Of a DNA stretch of 64,000 nt, positions 20,397 to 41,956 are shown in pieces (position 1 is the first letter of the stretch; every line of letters begins with the position of its first letter). Under the pieces are notes generated by a model, which saw nothing but the letters and a program-made list of their open reading frames with translations, did no database searches and was not told the origin of the DNA. The position numbers were made by a program, and so were the translations under genes. This DNA comes from Macrostomum hystrix (Eukaryota > Animalia > Platyhelminthes), in assembly GCA_950097015.1 (NCBI GenBank), contig CATNEN010000008.1, positions 1,984,001-2,048,000 of the forward strand, given 5' to 3'.

Positions 20397-20991
20397 GGCC
20401 GGGGAGGGCAGTCACATCTTTATTCTAGAATCTTCCATATTTTTTACGTTGTGCTTTTAAGAAAGCGGAATTTTTTGCCTTAAAATCTGTCTGGGCCGAC
20501 TTTTAGTTTGAATGCATCAACAGTCGTTAAAGTGAACGCCTATACTGGCGACTGGAATGAGAGGCCGAATTAGTTACTTATAATCAGTACACAACTAACG
20601 AAGCTATGGGTTCCGTGCGGTAGTAAGATCGTACAATTCTATTGTTATGCAATATAAAGAAGCACACAGAATGAACTCGCTTCACTCACTCGTGCACAGC
20701 ATTGTTGGCATGATTTTGACAGTTTAGACTTTGGTTTCATTTATTTGATGTACCAACCACATTAATTTTAGCGTGTTATCAACTGTCAAAGCCGGGCTGT
20801 TTGTTGCCATTAACTGCATGGGAAGAGCTCTGAAACACAGATTTCTATCAACCGAGAAAAGTAGCATTTAGCTTTGTCTGACTGAGACACTATAGATTTT
20901 TATTCTGACACTTGGCACGAGACACATTTTGTCTATATTTCAATTGTCCTTTCTCAGCCCAATGGACATTATCTCCGCCATCCAGGACTCC

Positions 20992-21607
20992 TCAGACGCA
21001 GGATCTTCTGCTGTCGTGTTTGTCGACCAGGTAGGGCTTGCAGTCGGGCCCAAGGACGCTCCGGCAATTGGGTTTATCGGCAGCGCCACTGGCTTCGTCT
21101 TTGATCCGTTCGCAGGTCCATTTGTCGCCGCTCTGTCGCTGACAGCGCTGACAATCGTGACTGACGTAGAGGCTGAAAGATGGCAAATGTGGATTTCCGG
21201 GCACTTTGAGCCGTCGGTACATCGACGAAGAGTTGGGTGACTGAGCGTCGGTGACAGAGGGAGGGTGTGACAGCGGGGTGTGACAGCGAGGGTGTAACAT
21301 TCACGTCTAGTATCATGAGAGTTTGAGTGACGTCCTTGGCCAAAGAGACAGCTAGTTGAGGCACATCAAGTGGTCGAACTCACTCGTCAGTGCTGGGCGG
21401 GTCGCTCTGGACCTTCTCGCAGTGGTCGTCGATGAGTTTGTACTTCAAGATTGCCACACGAGGTCGGCCGCCCAGCATCTTGAAGGCCAGCATCTGCTCG
21501 TGCTTCCTGCAGGCGTACACCTTGTGGCTGGCGTGACCCTCAGCGGATGCGAGCAGAATAGTCAGGGCAGAGACTACGAGCAGAGCTGTTGAAAATTGCG
21601 ATGCCAT
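20992..21607 (-). CDS. Small secreted cysteine-rich protein (134 aa, signal peptide, 8 Cys), 2 exons
   Basis: Exon 1 is 21607-21384 (MASQFSTALLVVSALTILLASAEG...PPSTD) ending at perfect donor GA|gtgagt. Exon 2 is 21172-20992 after acceptor catttgccatctttcag|. The phase-2 junction gives ...STDDLYVSHDCQRC...WTC...NC...DC...SCV*. Confidence 0.78.
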
Positions 21608-22331
21608 TGCTGCTTGGATGCGTTCTGGTAGTCTTATTTCTGTTTTCACTAAAAGTTTTCGCTCTTCCTATACAGGCTTTATTAATTTTTTCTTGAAGTC
21701 AATTTTATACAGTTTTATCAACACTGGGCTTGCACACAATATGACATTTGTTTTGTCATGTCGAAGGTAAATACCAATATAGGCTCTGTCAGGGAGACAT
21801 GGAAGTCTCATTGAACAGTTGTTCAAACAACAAATAATTTATACTCAATGATTGAGTCCGCTCAATGAGACACTCCACAGCCAAGCCGCCCAAATCTTTC
21901 TGAAATGAGAATTCCTCTAGAAACTTAATCACCTTGACTTCGTGAAATGCAAAATTAACTGTGGGAGGACTGGAGCGCTGCGGCGACGCCGTGTTTACTG
22001 CATGCGGCAAGAATTTCAAGTCCTGTCGTAATCCGAGCAGTTTAGAAAAGCTTTAGTTAAGGCGGATTGGCTTTGACATTGGCATTGGTTTCGTCATTTC
22101 AGTCAACTTTCCTTTTTATCATAGAAGTTAACCTTCCTTTGCATTCACCGATTGTAGCTTCGAGTATTGTGTGTATAAAAAATATATAACTAGCTAAATA
22201 TTGCAGTCGATAATGACTTTCTGCTTCTATAAATTAATGCTTGCTTTCATAATGTCACTACGGTTGATTGCGCATATCAGGTCTATATTGCCTTACTTTT
22301 AAAGTGGTTTTGTCTTTGCAGCTTGCTTTCC

Positions 22332-23625
22332 CTGGGCTTAGCCTTCCCTCTGGTCATTGTGCTTAGCCTTCCCTCTAGTCATTGTGCTTAGCCTTCCCTC
22401 TGGTCATTGTGCTTAGCCTTCCCTCTGGTCATTGTGCTTAGCCTTCCCTCTGGTCATTGTGCTTAGCTTTCACTCTGGTCATTGTGCTTAGCCTTCCCTC
22501 TGGTCATTGTGCTTAGCCTTCCCTCTGGTCATTGTGCTTAGCTTTCACTCTGGTCATTGTGCTTAGCCTTCCCTCTGGTCATTGTGCTTAGCCTTCCCTC
22601 TGGTCATTGTGCTTAGCTTTCTCTCTGGTCATTGTGCTTAGCCTTCCCTCTGGTCATTGTGCTTTGCCTTTTCTCTGGTCATTGTGCTTTGCCTTCCCTC
22701 TGGTCATTGTGCTTAGCCTTCCCTCTGGTCATTGTGCTTTGCCTTCTCTCTGGTCATTGTGCTTTGCCTTCTCTCTGGTCATTGTGCTTAGCCTTCCCTC
22801 TGGTCATTGTGCTTAGCCTTCCCTCTGGTCATTGTGCTTTGCCTTCTCTCTGGTCATTGTGCTTTGCCTACTCTCTGGTCATTGTGCTTAGCTTTCTCTC
22901 TGGTCATTGTGCTTAGCCTTCCCTCTGGTCATTGTGCTTAGCCTTCCCTCTGGTCATTGTGCTTAGCCTTCCCTCTGGTCATTGTGCTTTGCCTTCTCTC
23001 TGGTCATTGTGCTTTGCCTACTCTCTGGTCATTGTGCTTAGCCTTCCGTCTGGTCATTGTGCTTAGCCTTCACTCTGGTCATTGTGCTTTGCCTTCTCTC
23101 TGGTCATTGTGCTTTGCCTTCCCTCTGGTCATTGTGCTTAGCCTTCCCTCTGGTCATTGTGCTTTGCCTTCTCTCTGGTCATTGTGCTTTGCCTTCTCTC
23201 TGGTCATTGTGCTTAGCCTTCCCTCTGGTCATTGTGCTTAGCCTTCCCTCTGGTCATTGTGCTTTGCCTTCTCTCTGGTCATTGTGCTTTGCCTACTCTC
23301 TGGTCATTGTGCTTAGCTTTCTCTCTGGTCATTGTGCTTAGCCTTCCCTCTGGTCATTGTGCTTAGCCTTCCCTCTGGTCATTGTGCTTAGCCTTCCCTC
23401 TGGTCATTGTGCTTTGCCTTCCCTCTGGTCATTGTGCTTAGCCTTCCCTCTGGTCATTGTGCTTTGCCTTCTCTCTGGTCATTGTGCTTAGCCTTCCCTC
23501 TGGTCATTGTGCTTTGCCTTCCCTCTGGTCATTGTGCTTTGCCTTCCCTCTGGTCATTGTGCTTAGCCTTCTCTCTGGTCATTGTGCTTTGCCTTCTCTC
23601 TGGTCATTGTGCTTAGCCTTCCGTC
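22332..23625. repeat. 25-bp minisatellite (gccttccctctggtcattgtgctta), ~52 copies
   Basis: Direct tandem units with a/t and c/t variants. Confidence 0.97.
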
Positions 23626-24411
23626 TCGTCATAGTGGTTGGTTGGCCTAATGGTCATTGAACACAAAAACCTATTGAACCAATGCGAAGGCAAGTTTAAA
23701 AGCCACAGGTGTAGAATAGTAAAAAAATTTGCTACGAAATAATTTAACAAAAAAAATATTTTTTTTTATTTTAGCAAAGATTAACACTTACAGGTAGACA
23801 AAGGAGCCTTGCCAACTAACGGACTTCTACCTTAAACATCTCGGCCATGCTTATTATTTTATATGAAGTTAACTGGACGACATAGAGATATATTTATTTG
23901 TTAAAAGTGCATACTGGGCTGCTAGGTTAACTGAGAGCAGTTTGTTAGCTATATTTATTGAAACATACAAAAAATGCGGCACAAAACAGTTTAAAGTTTA
24001 AAGAGCGCGAAGAGCGAAAACAGAACATAGGAACTTAACTATTACTTGATCATCTACCTGCTCAGCACAAACCATCATCATTTTATGACAACAACCATCA
24101 CAACAGGTAAAAATACAGATAAAATATTTAGTCATATAGGGGAACTAAGACACTTCACCTTGTCTGTTAAAAACATGACTTCTATGTACGAGTACATTAA
24201 CAAAAAATGTACTAGTGAAATTGATGCAGAACCTACAACACACAGGTTTTAACCGCGAAGAGAAGTCAAAGTCGTGAAGGTTTAGGATCGATATTAGAAT
24301 GCTATAAAAGGTACAGATTTACTGTTCGTGTTTGATGCTTGTCATATAGCTGCTTTTCGACAATGCCATTTTAATGAGATCACCAGAATCCCCAGACGCA
24401 TCCTCAGTTCC

Positions 24412-24804
24412 TCACTTATCTCCGCTGTACTGATCCTTGTTCTTTAGTAGGAAAGCGGCCAAATATTCGATGGGATTAGGCGGCCGCTCCTTGGCTAGCA
24501 CAGAGAGGCCCTGGAGCAGCACGGGCACCACAGTCTGGTCCAGGTAGGCCCTGGTAGGCAGTGCCTGAACTGCCACCCGCGGCCGCTTGGCCTGCTGCTG
24601 CTCAGACTCGGCGTCGGCTAATTTGGCCAGGCCGTCAGTCAGAGCAGATGGCGGAGCGGCAGTTGCAGATTCCTCCATTGCAGCCGCTGGCACTGCTGCT
24701 GCTGCTGAAGCTACTTCAATTGAGCTCACAGTGGCACCTGTGGCGGGTGCTTCAGGCGCAGTTGTGGGTGCTTCAGGGGCAACAGTTGGATCAGCTCCTT
24801 CCAT
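24412..24804 (-). CDS. DPY30: DPY-30 homolog (COMPASS/SET1-MLL subunit) with Ala/Pro/Thr-rich N-terminus
   Basis: C-terminal [44 protein letters not shown] is the Dpy-30 dimerisation motif. The frame stays open upstream to an acceptor at 24833, so an N-terminal exon is possible. Confidence 0.95.
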   Translation of the reverse strand: MEGADPTVAPEAPTTAPEAPATGATVSSIEVASAAAAVPAAAMEESATAAPPSALTDGLAKLADAESEQQQAKRPRVAVQALPTRAYLDQTVVPVLLQGLSVLAKERPPNPIEYLAAFLLKNKDQYSGDK

Positions 24805-27496
24805 GTTGGTGGCAGGAGCTGTGGCAGTGGTTTCTGGTAGAAAATAAATACAACAAGAATAAACTTTATGGACTACTTTTAAGAAAAGTTAAATAGCTAG
24901 TTTCTAAACAGAGCAATTGCAAAATCTAGCTTCTGGAAAGAATATCTACCTACTTAAAATAGGTAGATTGGCAATTTATGAAAATTAATTTTTTAAGTTT
25001 CAAGTAAAAAACATTTGTCTTGTGTTCTAGAATACCTCTATGATGCTATAATCTGAAAAGCAAAATATGTTTAGTAAATAAAAATAAACAAAAAATTGAA
25101 GTTAACATACAGTTTTTTAATAAAGAAGAATGTATGAGCGTAAGTTATTCTAGCTATAGTAATGAGTAGGATTAGCCTATAGCCTAGGATAGTTCTTATT
25201 TGGTTGTTTAATTACTATGGATCTACTAAATCCAGTAGTCAATTAACAATTAGTAAAAGATTGCATGCTTTAAAATACTACTAATATGAATTAGGGCATA
25301 GCTGAGTTAGTATATTGTAAAGATAGGCATAATTCCATGCCTATCATGATTCTTCTTGTCAGCTAAACAGTACTATCTATTAAAAGTTTATAAACTATAA
25401 ATAAAGAAACAGTTTTACTACTTTTATAAAAAACGAGCAGAACTCCTCCTCCAGAGAAGATTGAAGGGATAGAACTCCCATTGCCTGAATTCCACTCAAC
25501 CAATGCTGCTAAGAGAAAACCCTGACCTTTAAATCAGATGAACTCAATTCATTCCATTTGAGGACAATGATTCTCTAGGCCAGCCCTATTTATAAGAACA
25601 TTACTATAGCTCTGCCCAGTCAGAGGTGAGAGTGCAAATAAAATATTTTTTTAATAGCCTACCTCCCTCCACCACATTAGTGTAAACTGTCATTTATCCA
25701 ATTCAACTCTTTCCACTCTTTCCAGTATCAGAGTTAAAAAACTGATACTTATATCCCAATAATCAGGACTTCAAGCTCTTTCCAACAAAATTTTTTTTTC
25801 ACCAATTTTAAAAAATGAAAGCAGTCTATAGTTAACATTTCTTGATTTTCCTTCCCATGAAAAGCAAGCTGTTTCAGTTAGTACATTATTCTCCACCTTC
25901 ACTAGTAAGAGGCCTGCCAATTTGATTAATTTTTTTTACTTTAGCTTTATGGTATCCTGCCCTAGCGAAATGTATGCAGTTTTTAATTGAACAAATCAGA
26001 CCCCTCAATAGAAATTGACTTGTGGCATCCTATCTTCACCAATACACAGAAGCAGTTACAATGTGCAAAAAGCCACCTCTGCCCCAATTTTAAACTGACT
26101 ACAAACCATCCACTAGAGAGAAAATCTACTAAACAGATGGGCACAAAATGTTGACACAACTCACTTAATTGAAGCCAATTTTTTCTCAATGAGGACATTT
26201 GCCTACTATATGCTACTTAATAGCCTTGCTGCTTTTTTGAGGATCTTAGAACTTGAACTTTCACAATTAAAATAGCCTATAGCCTATCTTAGAAATATTT
26301 TCATTTTACCATAAAATTCAACACTGAGTCACTAGGGCTTAGCAAGCCATTTAGTAAGGCTTAGCATAACAACGTTAGCAACATTTTACCGCATGGTAAA
26401 AATAATGTGTTGTCATTACTATGTGGTAAAGTTTGCGGTTTTTACTGCGTGGTGAAATGTTGCTAACGTAGCATAACAAGACAAAATGGCATCAATAGTT
26501 CATGGGCTTATTTTCAACAATAGAAAGAAGCTACAATAGGCTTATAAAACTATTTAGGTTTATTGGTGGCATACTATTCATAATTCATATATAATTTATA
26601 TTGACACATTAACAACTGTTATTAAAAATATATTTATTTTTATTTATTTATTTAATAATTTACTTATACTAGTTTCGTTACACCTTCATTCTGTTTCATG
26701 ACCGCTAGGCACCCTATTTATATTATTAGAGCTAAAACTTAAAAGCTAGCCTATGACTATGTCATAAGAAATTGAGAATAGCATTATTATAAGTTGGTCA
26801 TGTGCACATTTCATGAGTTATGTAAGATCTGCTTTTGCTAACCTGGGGAGGTCTCCATACCAATAGACGTAAAGTAACTTATAAGTGCTCCTTAAGATAT
26901 AATTCTAGAAACAGTGCAATTTCAAAGCAGTGGATTTAATATTGTTTTGTGCGTTTGTCTTTGTTACAATAGTTAGGTCCTATGGTGCAGTGCAGTCCAA
27001 AATAGTTAAATAGAACTCGAGTTTGAAGGTAGCAGCACGACAGAGGTCTTATGATACTTAAAGTACTAGGTTCGGAGATAATAATTTAATTCCAACAATG
27101 TCCCTAAAGTCCAGTTATTATCTTTTAGTTAAAGAAATTCAAATGTCAAATCGGAAATTGTAGGTCAGAAATTATTAAGCCTATTATTTAACAAATGATG
27201 GTAAAACTTAAAAGTTAAATGACAAGAGATATATTAATTGCTTAAAATTGTTTCTATCTACATAAGGTGTAAATCATGCATAAATTTTATAATGTTACTG
27301 ATTTATATTGGTAATTAGGAAAATAAATTTATACTTTGTTTATCTAAGTTGGTTTGATAAGTTTTAATTTGCATCCATTCAAAGAAGCAAAGCGTGTTGA
27401 ATTCTCTATTTTTTGTAGCCACTGGAATACTCGAAGATTAGAATTCTCCAAGGAAAAACTGTAAGTTTTAAAATCATATTTTACTGGAATTTTCCA

Positions 27497-35968
<8,472 letters not shown>

Positions 35969-36309
35969 TCACCTCGCTCACATGACTTATAATAGGATTG
36001 CTGATTAACTGATTTGTGTGATAGTGACAGAAAGGGACATAATGATATTATCATTACTAATTACATAATGCGATTTATGATTTCCAACAACTGGTGACAA
36101 CCGAACTAATCATTTTAATCTTTGATTTGCTCAACTTGTAATGCCAGGCTAATATTCTTAATCTTAATTGATTTAGTTACAAAATTTAATGATTTACAAA
36201 TAATATAAGAATACTTGCATTGAGTCAAAACAATCAATACATTCGTTACAAGTCTCATTGTTCAAAGACCTAACGTTTGAGAAAACTTGGAAAGATAATA
36301 AGAAATTAG

Positions 36310-36880
36310 TTGGTGAGAAGTAGAGAGAGTAGAGTGAGAAAAAAAGAGAGTGAGTGAGAAGGAGAGAGAGAGTGGGTGAGAAGGAGAGAGTGGGTGAAAA
36401 GGAGAAAGAGTGGGTGAAAAGGAGAGAGAGTTGGTGAGAATGAGAGAGTGGGTGAGAAGGAGAGAGAGAGTGGGTGAGAAGGAGAGAGAGTGGGTGAGAA
36501 GGAGAGAGAGTGGGTGAGAAGGAGAGAGAGAGTGGGTGAGAAGGAGAGAGATTGGGTGAGAAGTAGAGAGAGTGGGTGAGAATGAGAGAGAGTGGGTGAG
36601 AAGGAGAGAGAGAGTGGGTGAGAAGTAGAGAGAGTGGGTGAGAATGAGAGAGTGTGGGTGAGAAGGAGAGAGAGTGGGTGAGAAGGAGAGAGAGTGGGTG
36701 AGAAGGAGAGAGAGAGTGGGTGAGAAGGAGAGAGAGAGTGGGTGAGAAGGAGAGAGAGTGGGTGAGAAGGAGAGAGAGAGTGGGTGAGAAGGAGAGAGAG
36801 TGGGTGAGAAGTAGAGAGAGTAGGTGAGAAGTAGAGAGAGTGGGTGAGAAGTAGAGAGATTGGGTGAGAAGGAGAGAGTG
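36310..36880. repeat. GA-rich ~18-22-bp minisatellite (gagagagtgggtgagaag)
   Basis: Tandem units with variable (GA)n length. Confidence 0.93.
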
Positions 36881-37544
36881 GATGGGAAATAGGCGGGGTG
36901 GGAAATTTTATTCACCAGTGAAACATGACGCAGGGAGTAGGAAAAGAGATGGGGATATCAGAAAGGGAGAATCAAAACGAAGTGATGTTGTAGTCAGGGC
37001 TGTATAAAAGACAGATAGTGGAAGAGAAATAGAAGTAGAAATGGAAGACAGATGAACTGAAGCAGCGAAGCGGCTGTTGAAAGTTCAATTCAGAATAGCA
37101 ACAGTTTGGAGAGTGGAACATTGGTGCAAATGCACCCCAGTCTCTGTTCCTCCCACATTAAAACTGTCTGACCTTTTCTACAGGGTTCAGTACTACTGCG
37201 GACACTACAGTGCGTATAGCTATTAGTTATATTGTTTTAGTAATCAAGATAGGTCTTGGCTATATCGGCACAATGGGCAGCAGAAATAAATTGCGCATTT
37301 GCCAGTCCTATTCGGTGTTTGATTGCCTGTTGAGGCCACAGAGCATAGAAGCTAGTTAATAAATTGCGACTGAAAGTTAAAAACTGCATTTCAGATTTAG
37401 GTAATTTGAGTGCTTGGCAAATTTCCTAATCTTATTTGGCAGAATAGAATCTGCAGAACGATTAATTTATTAAGAGAATGGTACAGGTGCGAATAGGTGT
37501 GCTATTGAGGGTTTTCAGAAGGTTGGGTATTAAGTTTTGGTAGA

Positions 37545-37715
37545 GCTGGATGGTAGACTGGTAGAGAGGGATAGTAGACTGGTAGAGAGGGATGGTAGAG
37601 AGGGACGGTAGAGTGGGATGGTAGAGTGGGATGGTAGAGTGGGATAGTAGAGTGGGATAGTAGAGTGGGACGGTAGAGTGGGAAAGTAGTGAAGGACGGT
37701 AGAGAGGGACGGTAG
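37545..37715. repeat. ~13-bp minisatellite (gtagagtgggatg)
   Basis: Short degenerate tandem array. Confidence 0.85.
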
Positions 37716-38109
37716 ATAATGTATTGTGGCCTCTTTTGAAAACAATATTTGTGCTAGACCATTCATTTGAAATTGACGAATGTCACAGAAGGAAGCCACA
37801 GATCTCCCTATTGTGTTGTAGAAGCAACAATGAGAGTAGAGAAGACTCTAGACAATGACTTATTGTGGGTGAATAGAAAAAAATACTAATTTCCCGTTAG
37901 ATCAGGTCTAGGCATGTGGCGAATGGGTAGGTAGAGAATTTGAGACACAGAGAGAGGACCAAAATCCACCTTAAAACACCTTCAACCTGCTTCCGACAAC
38001 ACAAGTGTTCTATAAATAGAAATTGGCTTTGGTCTCTCCGCTAGTTTACTGCTGTCACGTGAATCCCAATGAACCTTAACCTTAACTTCAACGTGTGAAT
38101 ACAGTGAGT

Positions 38110-38305
38110 AAGGTGGCTGTGGATGCATCATTTTTGACGATAGTCGATCCGCGGCTGACCGGTGAGTACACATACTCACATCTGTCCTGACTTTTTCATC
38201 GTCAGGCAGTGTCCCACACTCTCATTTTGCCATGACGTTTGGTCAAAACAATTTGTGGCCTCGCCGCGGAATCGAGCTCGGGGACCTTGGTGCGAATTGG
38301 GGGAG
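38110..38305 (-). mobile_element. SINE family A, diverged partial copy
   Basis: Reverse complement contains cgcaccaaggtccccgagctcgattccgcggcgaggccaca and gacgatgaaaaagtcaggacagatg. Confidence 0.75.
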
Positions 38306-39994
38306 TTGAGTTGCGAAATCTGCACCCTGCGGATGAATGACCACCCGGTGACATTGGAGCGGGCAGCTTAGGCCCGCCTCTGTGCTTTGCCACCGAGCAG
38401 GCATTACCCGAAGTGGTTCAGAGCGAGCGAGCACTGCTGAGCACTGTTGAGCACTGTTGAGCACTGTTGAGCAGCAGGCTGATTATACTAACCTGGATTA
38501 TTTTCTATAGCGTCGTTTATTTATTAATAAAATTCTCGACCGAATCTCCCCTCTTCCGACTCTGCTTGTCTCTAATTTGGCCTTTTTTATATGGCCGGAG
38601 CGCTATAGCAGCAGCAGTGTCAGTAACAGAGCTTCTCATTGGCTAGCGAAAATGGCAATTTTCTCTCTCCCTCTCTCCCTTTCTCTCCCTCTATTTTGGT
38701 GTTCGCTGGCGTACACGCGTCACGCGCTTCTCTTAGTAAGTGTTGTCAAGGGCAACGACAGCCTCTTAAACCCGGGCCATCTAGGCAGCAACCTCATGCG
38801 TCAGCTGTCAGTGAGGGTTCAATACACGCCCAGTCGAAAGCAAGCAGAGCGACAGAAGAACCTGCATGGCTTTGGGAGGTGGGCGGTTGGCAGAGGTTAA
38901 ATTTAGGCCAACTGCAGGGCGTGGGTCACTGTAGAATTGAGTGTACATGTACGTCAACGCGTGCTTGCGTGCGCTGTGTGCAAATTGTGGTTGTGGGTGT
39001 AACTGGCGCGTATTTGTCGAATCCATTTATGGTAGTCTGAATCTGAATACGCCCTGGTATCTGTCTGTTTCTTTTCATTTGCTCGTTTGCCATTTGCGAA
39101 TAAAATTGCTTATCGTAAAATGACGTCGACAAGGATTTTTAATAAATAAACAGTTTCTGAAATTATGAAATACCACTTTGGGATAACAATTTGTTGAACT
39201 CATTAGTATAGTCTCAATGCGTACTGAATCAGGAAATCTCCCAGAATTACTCTTTCCAGTGCTCTCAAAATATCCTCAATCTAGTGCAGCGCAAACCTAC
39301 TTAGTACTGGGGAAATTTTCTGGGATGAGTGGAAAGGGATAATAATAAGGGGATGTGCGTCCTCGATTGACCTTTCCCTAACCGGGGCCTCTTTTATCCT
39401 CAGAGCGATTTCCTTTACCTCAAGCAGATGCAGCAGGAGAGGTGAGATTTAGTATCCAGGGTTCACGCGAGGTGACTCACAGTCAGACCTGCCATCTCCC
39501 TAAGCAGAGTCGCACAGCAAATCGATGCAAATCCGTTAGTGCTATATGACACCCCATCATGAGATGGACTCAAAACAGCTATAGATCGTTCGATTATGGC
39601 CGAATGTCCCGATTCTGGTCTATATTTCGCTGTCCTCCTCCCATGCAGGCTGAGCTAGTGCTTGCGTACTTTTAGATTCTACGCAGCTTCATCTTTTGGC
39701 AGACCCACTCTCTCTCTCTCACTCCCAGGCCACAGTCAGTGTGGGGAGAGTTCATCCGAGGACAAAAGGGGTGAAAACCGCATAGCTAGGCCCCGCGATG
39801 GAAAGTAATCAATGGTTTGAGGATAAACTGGGAGAACCAAAGGAGCAAAGGAACTTCTTTGACCGTGGTGGAAAGCATGCGGAAGTCAGGGCATCAAAGA
39901 GAGAGGAAGAGGGAGGAGGGAAGTAGCACATCTTGTCATCGCTGAAATTGATAAACAAATGAGATTGATAAAGTGTTAATCGATCGAAGGAGAA

Positions 39995-41205
39995 AGAGAG
40001 TAGAGATTGACAGAGAGTAGAGATTGACAGAGAGTAGAGATTGACAGAGAGAGTAGAGATTGACAGAGAGTAGAGATTGACAGAGAGAGTAGAGATTGAC
40101 AGAGAGTAGAGATTGACAGAGAGTAGAGATTGACAGAGAGTAGAGATTGACAGAGAGAGTAGAGATTGACAGAGAGAGTAGAAATTGACAGAGAGTAGAG
40201 ATTGACAGAGAGTAGAGATTGACAGAGAGAGTAGAGATTGACAGAGAGTAGAGATTGACAGAGAGAGTAGAAATTGACAGAGAGTAGAGATTGACAGAGA
40301 GTAGAGATTGACAGAGAGTAGAGATTGACAGAGAGAGTAGAAATTGACAGAAAGAGTAGAGATTGACAGAGAGTAGAGATTGACAGAGAGTAGAGATTGA
40401 CAGAGAGTAGAGATTGACAGAGAGTAGAGATTGACAGAGAGTAGAGATTGACAGAGAGTAGAGATTGACAGAGAGTAGAGATTGACAGAGAGTAGAGATT
40501 GACAGAGAGTAGAGATTGACAGAGAGTAGAGATTGACAGAGAGTAGAGATTGACAGAGAGTAGAGATTGACAGAGAGAGTAGAGATTGACAGAGAGTAGA
40601 GATTGACAGAGAGTAGAGATTGACAGAGAGAGTAGAGATTGACAGAGAGAGTAGAGATTGACAGAGAGTAGAGATTGACAGAGAGAGTAGAGATTGACAG
40701 AGAGTAGAGATTGACAGAGAGTAGAGATTGACAGAGAGTAGAGATTGACAGAGAGAGTAGAGATTGACAGAGAGTAGAGATTGACAGAGAGTAGAGATTG
40801 ACAGAGAGTAGAGATTGACAGAGAGAGTAGAGATTGACAGAGAGTAGAGATTGACAGAGAGAGTAGAGATTGACAGAGAGTAGAGATTGACAGAGAGTAG
40901 AGATTGACAGAGAGTAGAGATTGACAGAGAGTAGAGATTGACAGAGAGTAGAGATTGACAGAGAGAGTAGAGATTGACAGAGAGTAGAGATTGACAGAGA
41001 GTAGAGATTGACAGAGAGAGTAGAGATTGACAGAGAGTAGAGATTGACAGAGAGTAGAGATTGACAGAGAGAGTAGAGATTGACAGAGAGTAGAGATTGA
41101 CAGAAGAGTAGAGATTGACAGAGAGTAGAGATTGACAGAGAGTAGAGATTGACAGAGAGTAGAGATTGACAGAGAGTAGAGATTGACAGAGAGTAGAGAT
41201 TAATA
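39995..41205. repeat. 19/21-bp minisatellite (gagagtagagattgacaga), ~60 copies
   Basis: Source of the spurious 539-aa ORF 39809-41428. Confidence 0.97.
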
Positions 41206-41781
41206 GATAGAGATGAGAGTGGTGGTTATAGAGCATTGAAGTTAGGATAATACTTGATAGTGAACAGAGAGTGGATGCAGATATATAGGTAAATGTGGAT
41301 ATAAGTGAAGCCCTGTCACACAATAAAGTCCTTCTCAGTTTCCCACGAAGGCTCTGTGTGGCTGTTCTGTTGCCACCCACGCATCTCGCAGTGCCGACAG
41401 TCTGGTGTGCCATCTTGAAATGACTCATTTAACTATAGAGTTTAGCTGCGTAACCTGCACGAGACAATCGAAGTCCACTTTGACACGTGCTGCATGGCGT
41501 CTCGAGCTGTGAAATGCAGTCCAAATATACGCGCGAGCTGCTTTTGGGAGAGATAGTACTCAAAGAAGAATGCTGCGTAGATTTGAGCATTTGTAGCAAA
41601 AGCAAAGCAAGTATCTGTGCAGGCCACAGCCTGTTTTCACACAGATATACATTTGCGGTCGATAGTGGTGGGGGTACCTATTGGCTATTGTTTGAATTGT
41701 TCCACACATGATTCCACGCATTTGCGACGCGGTAAATTTGGCTAAACGAAAAATAATTGTAGCGCACGCATTGAAAAACTA

Positions 41782-41956
41782 GGGTCAGTGACAGCAGTTA
41801 ACGCGTTCGCCTCTCGCACCAAGGTCCCTGAGCTCGATTCCGCGGCGAGGCCACATTTATTTGGGGCGCAGCCGCGCAGAGAAGGCTTGGGGGCTTGTCG
41901 TGCAATTTTCTCCCCCTGACGGCCAATTTCGAAGGCACAGAGAAAGTGTACACTGT
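41782..41956 (+). mobile_element. SINE family A, 3'-truncated
   Basis: Head and first half of the body, ending at gtgtacactg where a minisatellite starts. Confidence 0.85.

Noticed and set aside
20929-21240. Plus-strand 103-aa ORF with an apparent upstream acceptor
   Set aside because: It is the codon-aligned antisense of exon 2 of the secreted protein; the minus frame has the better codon bias and splice logic.
39809-41428. 539-aa ORF and other long repeat-derived ORFs (13087-13584, 14324-14825, 22607-23660, 28824-29455, 41989-42774, 52418-53521, 60326-61063, 61562-62512)
   Set aside because: They are stop-free translations of minisatellites in introns or intergenic DNA, with no coding signal.
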